Source: Clostridiaceae bacterium (GTDB lineage: Bacteria; Bacillota; Clostridia; Oscillospirales; QAMX01). Taken from it: 64,000 bases of DNA. The notes under the pieces were generated by a model. It did no database searches. It was not told where the DNA came from and worked only from the letters and a program-made list of their open reading frames with translations. Positions 1 through 8,597 of the stretch are shown one piece after another. The stretch covers positions 188,884 to 252,883 of the forward strand of contig JAYFRF010000005.1 in the NCBI GenBank assembly GCA_034926225.1. The letters run 5' to 3'. Position 1 is the first letter of the stretch, and each line of letters starts with the position of its first letter. The translations under genes were made by a program, and so were the position numbers.

Positions 1-177
1 TTCGATGCCGAGCTGACCCGTCCCGGCGAACAGATCGAGGACGCGCCGGCCTTCTATATCAAATTGTATCGCGTTGAATACGGACTGCTTCGTCCGCTCG
101 GTGGTGGGACGCGTATCGAGACCTTCGACGGATTTCAGCTTCCGGCCGCGGGCGTCGCCTGTAATCACGCGCATCAT
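1..177 (-). CDS. rsmD: 16S rRNA (guanine966-N2)-methyltransferase RsmD, N-terminal part (gene runs off the left edge)
   Basis: My own translation of the minus strand from the ATG at 177 gives MMRVITGDARGRKLKSVEGLDTRPTTERTKQSVFNAIQFDIEGRRVLDLFAGTGQLGIE. This is a typical RsmD N-terminus with the SAM-binding LDLFAGTG motif. The ATG overlaps the uvrC stop (ATGA). It is absent from the ORF track because it is under 60 aa. Confidence 0.75.
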   Translation of the reverse strand, partial: MMRVITGDARGRKLKSVEGLDTRPTTERTKQSVFNAIQFDIEGRRVLDLFAGTGQLGIE

Positions 178-2039
178 AGATTATTCGTTTCCTTATTATC
201 GTTATTTTCAGTGGCATTTGCCGCGGCTGTATGCAGCCGCGCGTACACCGCCGCCGCCACGTTTTTCGGCACCGCCGCTGCGAGTTCTTCCTCCGACGCC
301 GCGCGGATCGCGCGTACGGAGCCGAATTTCTTCATCAACGCGGCTTTCCGCGTTTCTCCGACCCCTGGAATCTCATCCAAGGCCGATTTCCTTACCTTTT
401 TATCACGCAGCGATCGGTGGTACTCAATCGCGAACCGGTGTACCTCCTCGCCGATCGTGCCGATCAGCGTAAAGAGCGCCGGCTGCGTCCGAATCCCGAT
501 CTCCCGGCCGTCCGGCTCCACCAGAGCGCGTGTCCGGTGATGGTCGTCCTTGACCATGCCGAGCACGGGAATCCGCATGCCCGTTTCCTCGAGCACCTGG
601 CGCGCGGTCTGCGCATGCTGCTCGCCGCCGTCGATTAAGAACACGTCCGGCAGCGGCAGGAATTTCTCGTCCCCTAGAGCTGCGCGCGCGAGCCTTCTGC
701 GCAAAACCTCCGCCATTGAAGCGTAATCGTCCGGCGCTTCCCGCTCGAGCTTAAACTTGCGATAAGCGCTCCGACGCGGCTTCCCGCCTTCGAATACGAC
801 CATCGCGCCGACGGTTTCCTCCCCTGCCGTATGCGAGATATCGTACGCTTCCAGACGGTACGGGGCGTTTTCCATGCCGAGCGCCGACTGCAGAAGCGTT
901 AGTCCCCGTCCGGTTTTTTCCTCGCGAAGCGTCGCGATCCTCGCTTCCTCCCGGGCGTTTTCCATCGCCATCTCCAGAAGCTTCCGCTTTTCGCCGCGCT
1001 GCGGAAACAGCACATATACCCGCCTTTTGGCAAGTCCGGTTAAATATTCGCTCAAAAGCGCCGCGTCCGGCGTCTCCTGCGACAGCAGCACCTCCCGCGG
1101 CAGTATCGGACGGTCGCGGTAGTATTGTGTCACAAATTGCGACAGCGTATCCGCTGCGTCTTCCTCGTCCTCGCATACCGGCAGCAGCGTCTGATCCTTG
1201 CCGAGAAGCGTCCCCTCGACGTAATGCAGCACTGCGATGCACGCACGCGCGGTACCGTTATACAGGCATACGACGTCAGCATCCGGTACATGCGCCGCTA
1301 CGACCTTCTGCCGCCGGTCAAGCCGCTCGATCGCCTGCAGTCTGTCGCGCAGGTATGCCGCCCGCTCATAGTCGAGCGCTTCGGCCGCGTCCTCCATCTG
1401 TGCGCCAAGCGACGCCGTCAGCTCATCGCAGCGTCCCGCAAGCATCATACTCGCTTCTTCCATCAGCGCCCGGTACTGCTCCCGGGATATGCCGCCCTCG
1501 CAGACGCCGACGCAGCGCCCGAGGTGCCGTCTTAAGCACGGCCGTTCTTTTCCGATATCGCGCGGAAACCGGCGCGAGCAGTTTGGCAGCTTTAATGTTT
1601 CCTGTACGATGTCGACGACCTCATGCGCGATGCTCCTGCCGCCGTACGGTCCGAAGCAGCGCTTTCCCGTCTCCGCCTGCGCGGAAAGTATTAGCCGCGG
1701 ATACTCGGCGGCCGGGTCGTAGCAGATGAATGGATAACCCTTATCATCCTTTAAAAGAATGTTATATTTGGGCTGATAATGCTTAATGAGGGTATTTTCC
1801 AAGACGAGCGCCTCAAGCTCCGTATCAGTGACGATCGTCTCAAAGTGATCGATATGGGAAACGAGCCTGCGCGTCTTAATCCACTGTGTTTCCGGATTTT
1901 GAAAATACTGTGTCACGCGGTTTTTTAGGTTTTTGGCCTTCCCAACATAGATGACCACGCCGGCCGCGTCGATCATCCGATAAACGCCGGGCTTTTGTGG
2001 ACACATATTTGCTTTTTCTCGCAGCGCTTCAATATTCAT
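174..2039 (-). CDS. uvrC: Excinuclease ABC subunit C (UvrC)
   Basis: 621 aa. GIY-YIG N-terminus PGVYRMIDAAGVVIYVGKAKNLKNRVTQYF, a UVR domain, and a C-terminal (HhH)2 IPGVGETRKAALMKKFGS. Confidence 0.97.
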   Translation of the reverse strand: MNIEALREKANMCPQKPGVYRMIDAAGVVIYVGKAKNLKNRVTQYFQNPETQWIKTRRLVSHIDHFETIVTDTELEALVLENTLIKHYQPKYNILLKDDKGYPFICYDPAAEYPRLILSAQAETGKRCFGPYGGRSIAHEVVDIVQETLKLPNCSRRFPRDIGKERPCLRRHLGRCVGVCEGGISREQYRALMEEASMMLAGRCDELTASLGAQMEDAAEALDYERAAYLRDRLQAIERLDRRQKVVAAHVPDADVVCLYNGTARACIAVLHYVEGTLLGKDQTLLPVCEDEEDAADTLSQFVTQYYRDRPILPREVLLSQETPDAALLSEYLTGLAKRRVYVLFPQRGEKRKLLEMAMENAREEARIATLREEKTGRGLTLLQSALGMENAPYRLEAYDISHTAGEETVGAMVVFEGGKPRRSAYRKFKLEREAPDDYASMAEVLRRRLARAALGDEKFLPLPDVFLIDGGEQHAQTARQVLEETGMRIPVLGMVKDDHHRTRALVEPDGREIGIRTQPALFTLIGTIGEEVHRFAIEYHRSLRDKKVRKSALDEIPGVGETRKAALMKKFGSVRAIRAASEEELAAAVPKNVAAAVYARLHTAAANATENNDNKETNNL

Positions 2040-2283
2040 GGCGGCTCCCCATCCGAAGGTACAATTCCCGTTGTTCTTTATTGTACCTCAAAAGCGCGCA
2101 AAGGTCAAGTGTTTCTGTAACCGAATTGTAATATTTTTTCCGCCGCACTTTTCTGCCTTTCTTATTCCGAAACGGCAAAAAATCGGCTTTCCCCCATTGT
2201 GTTCCTTTTTATTTTGTGCTATAATAATCTGAATCTAAGGTTTTCCCTTACTCGCTTAAATCATACGAATAAGGATCTTCATT

Positions 2284-3009
2284 ATGTTAAACGCCGTTTT
2301 CTTCCTCGCGGCGGTAGCCGGCGGCGCGTTTGTGCAAGCAGCGTCCGGCTTCGGCTTCGGCATTTTCGTCATGATGTTCTTCCCGCTGTGCCTGCCGAAC
2401 TACGGCATGTGCGTGACGCTGTCGGGTCTATTATCCATCGGCACAACGGTTGTCACCACCATCCAGTACCGTCAATATATCGCCTGGAGGAAGCTCCTCA
2501 TCCCGTCTGTCTGCTTCTGCGTGATCAGCGCAGTCATTATCACCATCGCGGCGGGGCAGGCGGATTCGTTAATGAAACGGCTCCTTGGCGGTGCGTTGAT
2601 TCTCTTGAGTATGTACTTCCTCTTTTTAGGCAAAAATATGAAAATCCACGCAACACCGGCCGCCGGTGTTGCCGCCGGCTCTCTTTCCGGTCTTTTGTCC
2701 GGCCTGTTTTCGATCGGCGGCCCGCCGATGGTCGTCTATCTGCTCGCGGGAACCGATTCCAAGGAGGAATACCTCGCCACGATTCAGGCGTACTTCACCG
2801 TGACAAATCTCTTCGTCCTAGCGGTACGCGCGATGAACGGCATGGTGACAAAAACCGTCTTTTCCCACGCCGCCCTTGGACTTGTCGGCATTGCACTCGG
2901 TGTGTTCCTCGGACGCAAGGTGTTCCGCAAGCTGGACGCAAACCGTCTGCGCTTCATCATCTACCTTTTTATGGCGGCGTCCGGCGTCATCACCCTCGTG
3001 AAAGGTTAG
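2284..3009 (+). CDS. TauE/SafE (TSUP) family anion exporter-like membrane protein
   Basis: 241 aa and multi-TM. It has Gly-rich repeats (AAVAGGAFVQAASGFGFGIF and GSLSGLLSGLFSIGGPPMVVYLL) typical of the internally duplicated TSUP family. A Shine-Dalgarno-like AAGGA precedes the ATG. Confidence 0.85.
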   Translation: MLNAVFFLAAVAGGAFVQAASGFGFGIFVMMFFPLCLPNYGMCVTLSGLLSIGTTVVTTIQYRQYIAWRKLLIPSVCFCVISAVIITIAAGQADSLMKRLLGGALILLSMYFLFLGKNMKIHATPAAGVAAGSLSGLLSGLFSIGGPPMVVYLLAGTDSKEEYLATIQAYFTVTNLFVLAVRAMNGMVTKTVFSHAALGLVGIALGVFLGRKVFRKLDANRLRFIIYLFMAASGVITLVKG

Positions 3010-3013
3010 TCCT

Positions 3014-5257
3014 ATGGCCCAGTATTACAGCGATCTTCCGCTGCCGCCGCGAAGAACCGCCCCGGAAGCGGATAAAACGCCTCCGCACAGCTTTCGTGCC
3101 GCGCTGACCCTGACCCCCTCGCATGACCGGCTCTTTTTCTACGCCGAGCTTTCCGGTACCCCCGCCGTCTATCGCGGACGAGGCTATTTCACCGAAAAGT
3201 CCTCCGATCCGGCGGGCGCGGGCTTCCGTGTGCCGCAAATCTCGCTGCTCGACCCGTTTTTATGGCAGTACCGCACCGTCTCGCCGCAGCATTTCAAGAT
3301 CGTTCTGCGTGTCATCATCCCAAAGCTTCTGCGCGACGGCGTGCAGCTCTCCTGTGCGCTGTCTATGACCGATGACCCGCCCCTGCGCGTGGATGTCGCC
3401 TACGACGAGGGCGTCGAGGTATTCTCGCTGCATATCCTCTCCGTCGTTCCGCGTGCCGGTTTGACCGCGCTCATGGGGCTTGACGACTACATGCTCTCGG
3501 AGAACACGCTCTACCGCATCCGGCAGACACACCTATCCGAGCTTGCCCCATACCCCGATGGCGATTCGATCCTCCCGCTCGATCAAGCATCCTCACTCGG
3601 CAGGCTCTGTGACCGCGCTTCCTATCTATTTGCGGGTTCTGGGGTACAGGCTCTGCGCGACTGCGGGCGCGGCATCAAATCCGCGCGGCGTCAAGTTACC
3701 GGAATCGCCTCCGCCGCCGCGGAGGTCTTAACCGCTCTGCGCCGTCAGGTACTCGACGACGATACCGATACCCACGGCTCCCCCCTGCCGCCCCGCCGTC
3801 AGCCGCAGGACGCCCCCGACGCACACGCCGTGACTTTCCCTTTGCCGACGCGTACGGCGCCGACGCCCATCCGGGAGATCGCGCTTGAGCCTCCGGCGCT
3901 TGGCCGGGCGGTCATCCTGCCAACCCCGATCTCCGGCTCTGTGAAAAACGCGGTATTCTTGAACGATGCCCGCCGTCTTCGGGACTATGCCGTCGCCCGT
4001 GCCAATTTCGTCCCCTTCCGCGCCGGTCGTCCGACCTACGCCGACATGACCGCCGCGCAGAAAAGCTGGTACTTCCACTGGCGCGCGCAGTTCCATCGCG
4101 GGGTTGTCCTGAAGACAGACATCTCCTATATCTACGTGGCGGCCTACGAGCTTCTAAATTCTGTCGCCGCTTCCGGCGCGACGGCGCTCTCCGCTCTCCT
4201 GCGCCTCTGGGAAAGCTACCGCGACGCGTTTCCCTACCTCGACCGCTGTATGCCCGGCTGGTGCGCCGATTATATGCTCCTAAACGACCTGGGGCAGGAT
4301 TTTGACTCCCTGCAGGAGCGCATTCCGTTTTCCATCACCGAAACGGATGTCCCCGCGGAGGTATTCTGCAACCGCCGTCTTCGGGAAGGTCTGTCCGCGC
4401 TGCCGCTGTCTGTGCTCGGCGCGCTGGGCGGCTACCCCATCCTCGACTCCCGCTTCTGCGCCGAGGAAAGCCGGCGCGCACGCTGCGAGACGGCCGTCGC
4501 CCGGGCACTGCGCGCCGCCGAGGGCATACGCAAAGCCTCCGGCAAACCGCTGCTCGACTCATATGCCCCGATGCAGACCACCTATCTGCACGACAGCTTC
4601 TATGGCGCCGTCATCGGCCGTGCGTCCTCCCGCCGCATCGAGCTGACCTATCGGCCCTATGCGCGCGATCCGCAGTTCCGCACGCTGCTTGCGGGTATTC
4701 TGCGTTACACAGAAAACCTTCTTCGCAAACGGGAACGCTTCCCCGGGCGTCTGAAAGCAGAAAGCTTGCCCCCGGATATAGAAAGTGCGATCCTCAACGC
4801 CTTAGCTATCCCAAAGGAAGTGGGCGCCGTACCGCCGGACGCTCCGGATAAGCCGCGTGAGAAGCTTGTCATCGACCTCGAACGCGCGCGTGCGCTTGAG
4901 GATGCGTCATGGGAAAATACCCGCCGCCTGCTCGACGCGCTCGGTACCGAACCCGCGGCTGCCGCCGAGCCGGAGACAGCGCCCGAGCCCGAGGAGCCGC
5001 CTATGCCGGAATCCGAGGAAACGGAGGAGGCGGAGAACGTCCCCTTCATGGAACGCCTGAACGCTACGCAGGCCGCCGTACTCGACGCGCTGAAGCGGGA
5101 GGATACGGACGCCGTACGCCGAATCTGCTCGGAGGCGATGACGTTCCCGGATGCGGTGTTTGAGGAAATCAACGAAATCGCACTCGACGCACTCGGCGAT
5201 CTGCTGATCGATACGGGGATGGGCGTCATTTACGAGGAATACAAAACTCTTGTGTAA
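3014..5257 (+). CDS. TerB-N / TerB-C domain protein with an unassigned ~330-aa N-terminal region
   Basis: 747 aa. The central block AQKSWYFHWRAQFHRGVVLKTDISYIYVAAYELLN...WCADYMLLNDLG is recognised as a TerB-N domain. The C-terminal LNATQAAVLDALK...FPDAVFEEINEIALDALGDLLID is recognised as TerB-C. An acidic/Pro-rich linker (EPETAPEPEEPPMPESEETEE) separates them. The gene starts 4 nt after the TSUP stop. Confidence 0.8.
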   Translation: MAQYYSDLPLPPRRTAPEADKTPPHSFRAALTLTPSHDRLFFYAELSGTPAVYRGRGYFTEKSSDPAGAGFRVPQISLLDPFLWQYRTVSPQHFKIVLRVIIPKLLRDGVQLSCALSMTDDPPLRVDVAYDEGVEVFSLHILSVVPRAGLTALMGLDDYMLSENTLYRIRQTHLSELAPYPDGDSILPLDQASSLGRLCDRASYLFAGSGVQALRDCGRGIKSARRQVTGIASAAAEVLTALRRQVLDDDTDTHGSPLPPRRQPQDAPDAHAVTFPLPTRTAPTPIREIALEPPALGRAVILPTPISGSVKNAVFLNDARRLRDYAVARANFVPFRAGRPTYADMTAAQKSWYFHWRAQFHRGVVLKTDISYIYVAAYELLNSVAASGATALSALLRLWESYRDAFPYLDRCMPGWCADYMLLNDLGQDFDSLQERIPFSITETDVPAEVFCNRRLREGLSALPLSVLGALGGYPILDSRFCAEESRRARCETAVARALRAAEGIRKASGKPLLDSYAPMQTTYLHDSFYGAVIGRASSRRIELTYRPYARDPQFRTLLAGILRYTENLLRKRERFPGRLKAESLPPDIESAILNALAIPKEVGAVPPDAPDKPREKLVIDLERARALEDASWENTRRLLDALGTEPAAAAEPETAPEPEEPPMPESEETEEAENVPFMERLNATQAAVLDALKREDTDAVRRICSEAMTFPDAVFEEINEIALDALGDLLIDTGMGVIYEEYKTLV

Positions 5258-5269
5258 AGGAGTCACGGC

Positions 5270-6586
5270 ATGAAGGTACAGATTCCGCGGCGCGTTGCGT
5301 CCGCCGTACTAAACTCCCTGTCCGCAGGCGTGGTGCCGCGCGTTGGGCAGGAATATATCGCCATCGGCCGCACGCGGGAAATCGCGGCGCTGCTTGCTGA
5401 TCTGAAAACCGTCGAGGATGGTGGCAGCGCGTTCCGGATGATCACCGGCCGTTACGGCTCCGGTAAAAGCTTTCTTCTGCAGCTTCTGCGTTCCCATGCG
5501 CTCGAACGCGGCTTCGCCGTCGCGGACTGCGATCTTTCCCCCGAGCGCAGGCTTGCCGGCGCCAAGGGGCAGGGGCTTGCCACCTACCGTGAACTGATGC
5601 GCAATCTTTCCTGCCGCGTCGCTCCCGACGGCGGCGCGCTGCCCGTCATCCTCTCCCGGTGGATCGCTTCCGTGCAGCTCGACTGCGCGAAGCGGGAGGG
5701 CCTTGCCCCCTCCGACCCCAAGCTCTCGCAGACGACGGAGCTTGCCATAACGGACGCCATCGCCGGCTTTTCAGGTCTTGTCCACGGCTTCGACTTCGCC
5801 GCAGCGGTCAGCGCCTTCTACCGCGGCCTGCGCGACGGCGATGAGGAGCTCAAAAACAGCGCGCTTCGGTGGCTTCGCGGGGAGTTCCCGAATAAGACGG
5901 AAGCTAAACGCGCGCTGCCCGTATCCTCCGTGATCACGGATGAGACCTGGTACGATTTTTTCAAGCTGATGTCCGCGCTGATGGTCGTCACCGGGCAAAA
6001 GGGGCTTCTCATCATCATCGACGAAGCCGTCAATCTCTATAAGATCGTTCAAACCGTCGCCCGTGAGGCAAACTATGAAAAGCTCTTAAATATCTTCAAC
6101 GACGCGACTCAAGGGAGACTCTCCCACACGGCCTTCTTCTTCGGTGGCACCCCCCAGCTCGTCGAGGATACCCGCCGCGGACTCTACAGCTATGAAGCGC
6201 TCCGTTCCCGTCTGCGGGCAAACCGCTTCGCGGGCGACGGCGTACAGGATTTCGCGAGTCCCGTTTTAGCGCTCGCTCCACTCACCCCCGAAGAGCTGCT
6301 CGCGCTCTTGAAGCGTATCGTCGTCCTCCACGCGCTGCGCTACGACTGGACGCCGCCCGTCACCGATGAGCAGCTCGCCGCCTTTGTCACGGATATCGCC
6401 TCCCGTATGGGCGCGGATGTGCTTTTAACCCCGCGCGAGGTCGTCCGCGACTTCACGGGGCTTCTCAATCTCCTGCAGCAGAACCCCGGTGAAAGCTTTG
6501 AATCCCTCGCCGGGTCACTCGACATCAAGCCCGCCGACAGCCGCGAAAACGAGGAAACCGGCGAATTCGCGGAATTCTCCCTTTGA
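5270..6586 (+). CDS. DUF2791 / BrxD-like P-loop ATPase
   Basis: 438 aa. N-terminus VVPRVGQEYIAIGRTREIAALLADL, Walker A GRYGSGKS, DLSPERRL, and Walker B LLIIIDEAVNL. This is collinear with the DUF2791 (BREX BrxD-type) ATP-binding family. An AAGGAG SD lies 7 nt upstream. The gene starts 12 nt after the TerB gene. Confidence 0.8.
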   Translation: MKVQIPRRVASAVLNSLSAGVVPRVGQEYIAIGRTREIAALLADLKTVEDGGSAFRMITGRYGSGKSFLLQLLRSHALERGFAVADCDLSPERRLAGAKGQGLATYRELMRNLSCRVAPDGGALPVILSRWIASVQLDCAKREGLAPSDPKLSQTTELAITDAIAGFSGLVHGFDFAAAVSAFYRGLRDGDEELKNSALRWLRGEFPNKTEAKRALPVSSVITDETWYDFFKLMSALMVVTGQKGLLIIIDEAVNLYKIVQTVAREANYEKLLNIFNDATQGRLSHTAFFFGGTPQLVEDTRRGLYSYEALRSRLRANRFAGDGVQDFASPVLALAPLTPEELLALLKRIVVLHALRYDWTPPVTDEQLAAFVTDIASRMGADVLLTPREVVRDFTGLLNLLQQNPGESFESLAGSLDIKPADSRENEETGEFAEFSL

Positions 6587-6595
6587 TTTCGTGCC

Positions 6596-7129
6596 ATGGG
6601 AAATTATTCACTGCCGGATACCCCCCGGTGCATCCTCGGCATCGACCCCGGTTACGCCATTGTCGGCTTCGGCATGATCTCCTCTTCCTCGGGTGTACGC
6701 TGCTCCCACATCCGCCACGGCGCGATCACCACCCCCGCCGAGCTGCCCCTTGCGGAGCGGCTGCGCATTATCTATGCCGATATGACCTCACTCATCGCCG
6801 AGCGGCGTCCCGACGCGGCTGCCATCGAGAAGCTCTACTTTAATACGAATACCACCACCGCCATCGGGGTAGCCCAGGCACGCGGCGTCATCCTGCTCGC
6901 CCTCGCGCAGGCGAACATACCGCTTTTTGAGTACAGCCCGTCGGAAATCAAGCAGGCTGTCGTCGGCTACGGCAAGGCGGAGAAGGCGCAGATGATGGAG
7001 ATGACGCGCGCGCTGCTGGGTCTTCCGGCGCGCCCGAAACCCGACGATGCCGCCGACGCACTCGCCGTCGCGCTTTGTCACGCCGCGATGCGGACAAGTC
7101 AGTTAAACTTTAAGCACCAAAACGGCTGA
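6596..7129 (+). CDS. ruvC: Crossover junction endodeoxyribonuclease RuvC
   Basis: ILGIDPGYAIVGFG, EKLYFNTNTTTAIGVAQARGV and KPDDAADALAVALCHA match the RuvC acidic catalytic tetrad layout. Confidence 0.95.
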   Translation: MGNYSLPDTPRCILGIDPGYAIVGFGMISSSSGVRCSHIRHGAITTPAELPLAERLRIIYADMTSLIAERRPDAAAIEKLYFNTNTTTAIGVAQARGVILLALAQANIPLFEYSPSEIKQAVVGYGKAEKAQMMEMTRALLGLPARPKPDDAADALAVALCHAAMRTSQLNFKHQNG

Positions 7130-7146
7130 AAGGTTATGTTAAGGCT

Positions 7147-7746
7147 ATGTTTTACTATCTGGAAGGGACGATCGCCCATCTTGACTCCCATATCGCCGTG
7201 GTAGACTGCGGCGGCGTCGGCTATCTGTGCAGCATCTCCCTGCATACGCATGGTAAGCTCGCGCGCGGCGCGAAATCGAAACTTTATACATACCTGAACG
7301 TACGCGAGGACACCTTTGATCTGTACGGCTTTGCCGATCTGGAAGAAAAAAACTGCTTTACGCTCTTAACCGGTGTATCCGGCGTCGGCATGAAAGTCGC
7401 GCTGTCGATTCTCTCTACGCTGTCGCCCGATCAGTTCATGCTTGCCGTGCTCTCGAGTGACGAAAAAGCGCTCACCCGCGCGCCCGGCGTCGGTAAAAAG
7501 CTTGCGCAGCGGCTTATTCTGGAATTGAAGGATAAACTGAAAAAGGAATATGCCGCCGCCGACGCCTCGGAGGATTTTCTTCCCGCCGCCGATGCGCAGG
7601 ACAAGGCCGGAGAAGCGCGGATGGCACTCCAGGCGCTCGGCTACTCAGCATCCGAGGCCGCCGCCGCGCTGCGCAAGGTCGATATCTCCGCGCTGTCTCT
7701 GGAAGAAATCATCCGCGCCGCACTCAAAGGTCTTGTGCGCGGTTAA
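7147..7746 (+). CDS. ruvA: Holliday junction DNA helicase subunit RuvA
   Basis: 199 aa. OB N-domain, HhH motifs LTGVSGVGMKVALSILS and LTRAPGVGKKLAQRLILEL, and a C-terminal domain III. Confidence 0.95.
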   Translation: MFYYLEGTIAHLDSHIAVVDCGGVGYLCSISLHTHGKLARGAKSKLYTYLNVREDTFDLYGFADLEEKNCFTLLTGVSGVGMKVALSILSTLSPDQFMLAVLSSDEKALTRAPGVGKKLAQRLILELKDKLKKEYAAADASEDFLPAADAQDKAGEARMALQALGYSASEAAAALRKVDISALSLEEIIRAALKGLVRG

Positions 7747-7772
7747 TGTATTCATATAAGGAGCGGTTTATC

Positions 7773-8597
7773 ATGGAAGTTTATCATGCGTATGAAATGA
7801 CCCGCGTCGCCGCCGCGTTTACCGCCTCTCTCGGCGTGCAGCCGCCGCGGATGGCCCAGCCCGCCGCCGATCCTCTGACGCGTCTCCTCGCCGATGCCTT
7901 CGACGGCAGACCCGCACAGAAGGCGGTCATCTATAACCCCGACGCCATCGCTTTATGGCTCTATCAGAAATACACCCCCGATTTTGCGGAGGTGACCCGC
8001 TATACCCAGCTTGCCCTGCCGCTACGTACCATGATGCCTTCAGTCACCCCGGTTTGCTTCGCGACCATGTACACCGGCGTTGCCCCTCAGATTCACGGCA
8101 TCCAGAAGTATGAAAAGCCCGTCGTCCGCGTCGATTCCGTCTTCGACGCGCTCATCCGCGCCGGTAAAAAGTGCGCTATCGTCAGTCAGACCGGTGCCAG
8201 CATGTCCCGTATCTTCCTTGAGCGCGGCATGGACTACTTCACCGACTGTGAAAGCGACGAGGACGCGGTCCGGCTCGGCATCCGGCTCATCGAATCGGAC
8301 AAGTACGACTTTATCGCGATCTACAACGGCTGGTACGACCACATGATGCATGCAACCCGGGTGGAAGATCCGGAAGCACTGCGGATTTTCCGCGACAACT
8401 GCCGCTTCTTCGGCGAAATCGCCCGCGCCGTACAGCGCGCCTACGCCGCCTACGACACCTTCCTCGGTTTTTCCACTGACCACGGCTGCCACGACCATCC
8501 CGACACAGGGCATGGCACCCACGGCACCGATCTGCCGGACGACTTAAACGTGATGCACTTCTACGGTACCATGAAAGGCACACGCCATGGCGATTGA
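7773..8597 (+). CDS. Alkaline-phosphatase superfamily (nucleotide pyrophosphatase/phosphodiesterase-like) protein
   Basis: Nucleophile-Thr motif [23 protein letters not shown], plus YDHMMH and STDHGCH..GHGTHG metal-ligand-like motifs. I trimmed the start to the ATG at 7773, which is preceded by AAGGAG (the track ORF starts at 7746). The 3' end overlaps the ruvB start by 11 nt. Confidence 0.7.
   Translation: MEVYHAYEMTRVAAAFTASLGVQPPRMAQPAADPLTRLLADAFDGRPAQKAVIYNPDAIALWLYQKYTPDFAEVTRYTQLALPLRTMMPSVTPVCFATMYTGVAPQIHGIQKYEKPVVRVDSVFDALIRAGKKCAIVSQTGASMSRIFLERGMDYFTDCESDEDAVRLGIRLIESDKYDFIAIYNGWYDHMMHATRVEDPEALRIFRDNCRFFGEIARAVQRAYAAYDTFLGFSTDHGCHDHPDTGHGTHGTDLPDDLNVMHFYGTMKGTRHGD

Noticed and set aside
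64-1729. Several 130-200-aa plus-strand ORFs at the left end.
   Set aside because: All are antisense to uvrC or rsmD and have Arg/Pro/Ala-rich composition.
2990-6600. The TerB/ATPase pair as a mobile island with flanking repeats or att sites.
   Set aside because: I could not find direct or inverted repeats at the borders, and no integrase or transposase is present. The junctions with neighbouring genes are only 4-12 nt, so there is no evidence for recent mobility. A compositional comparison would need computation.
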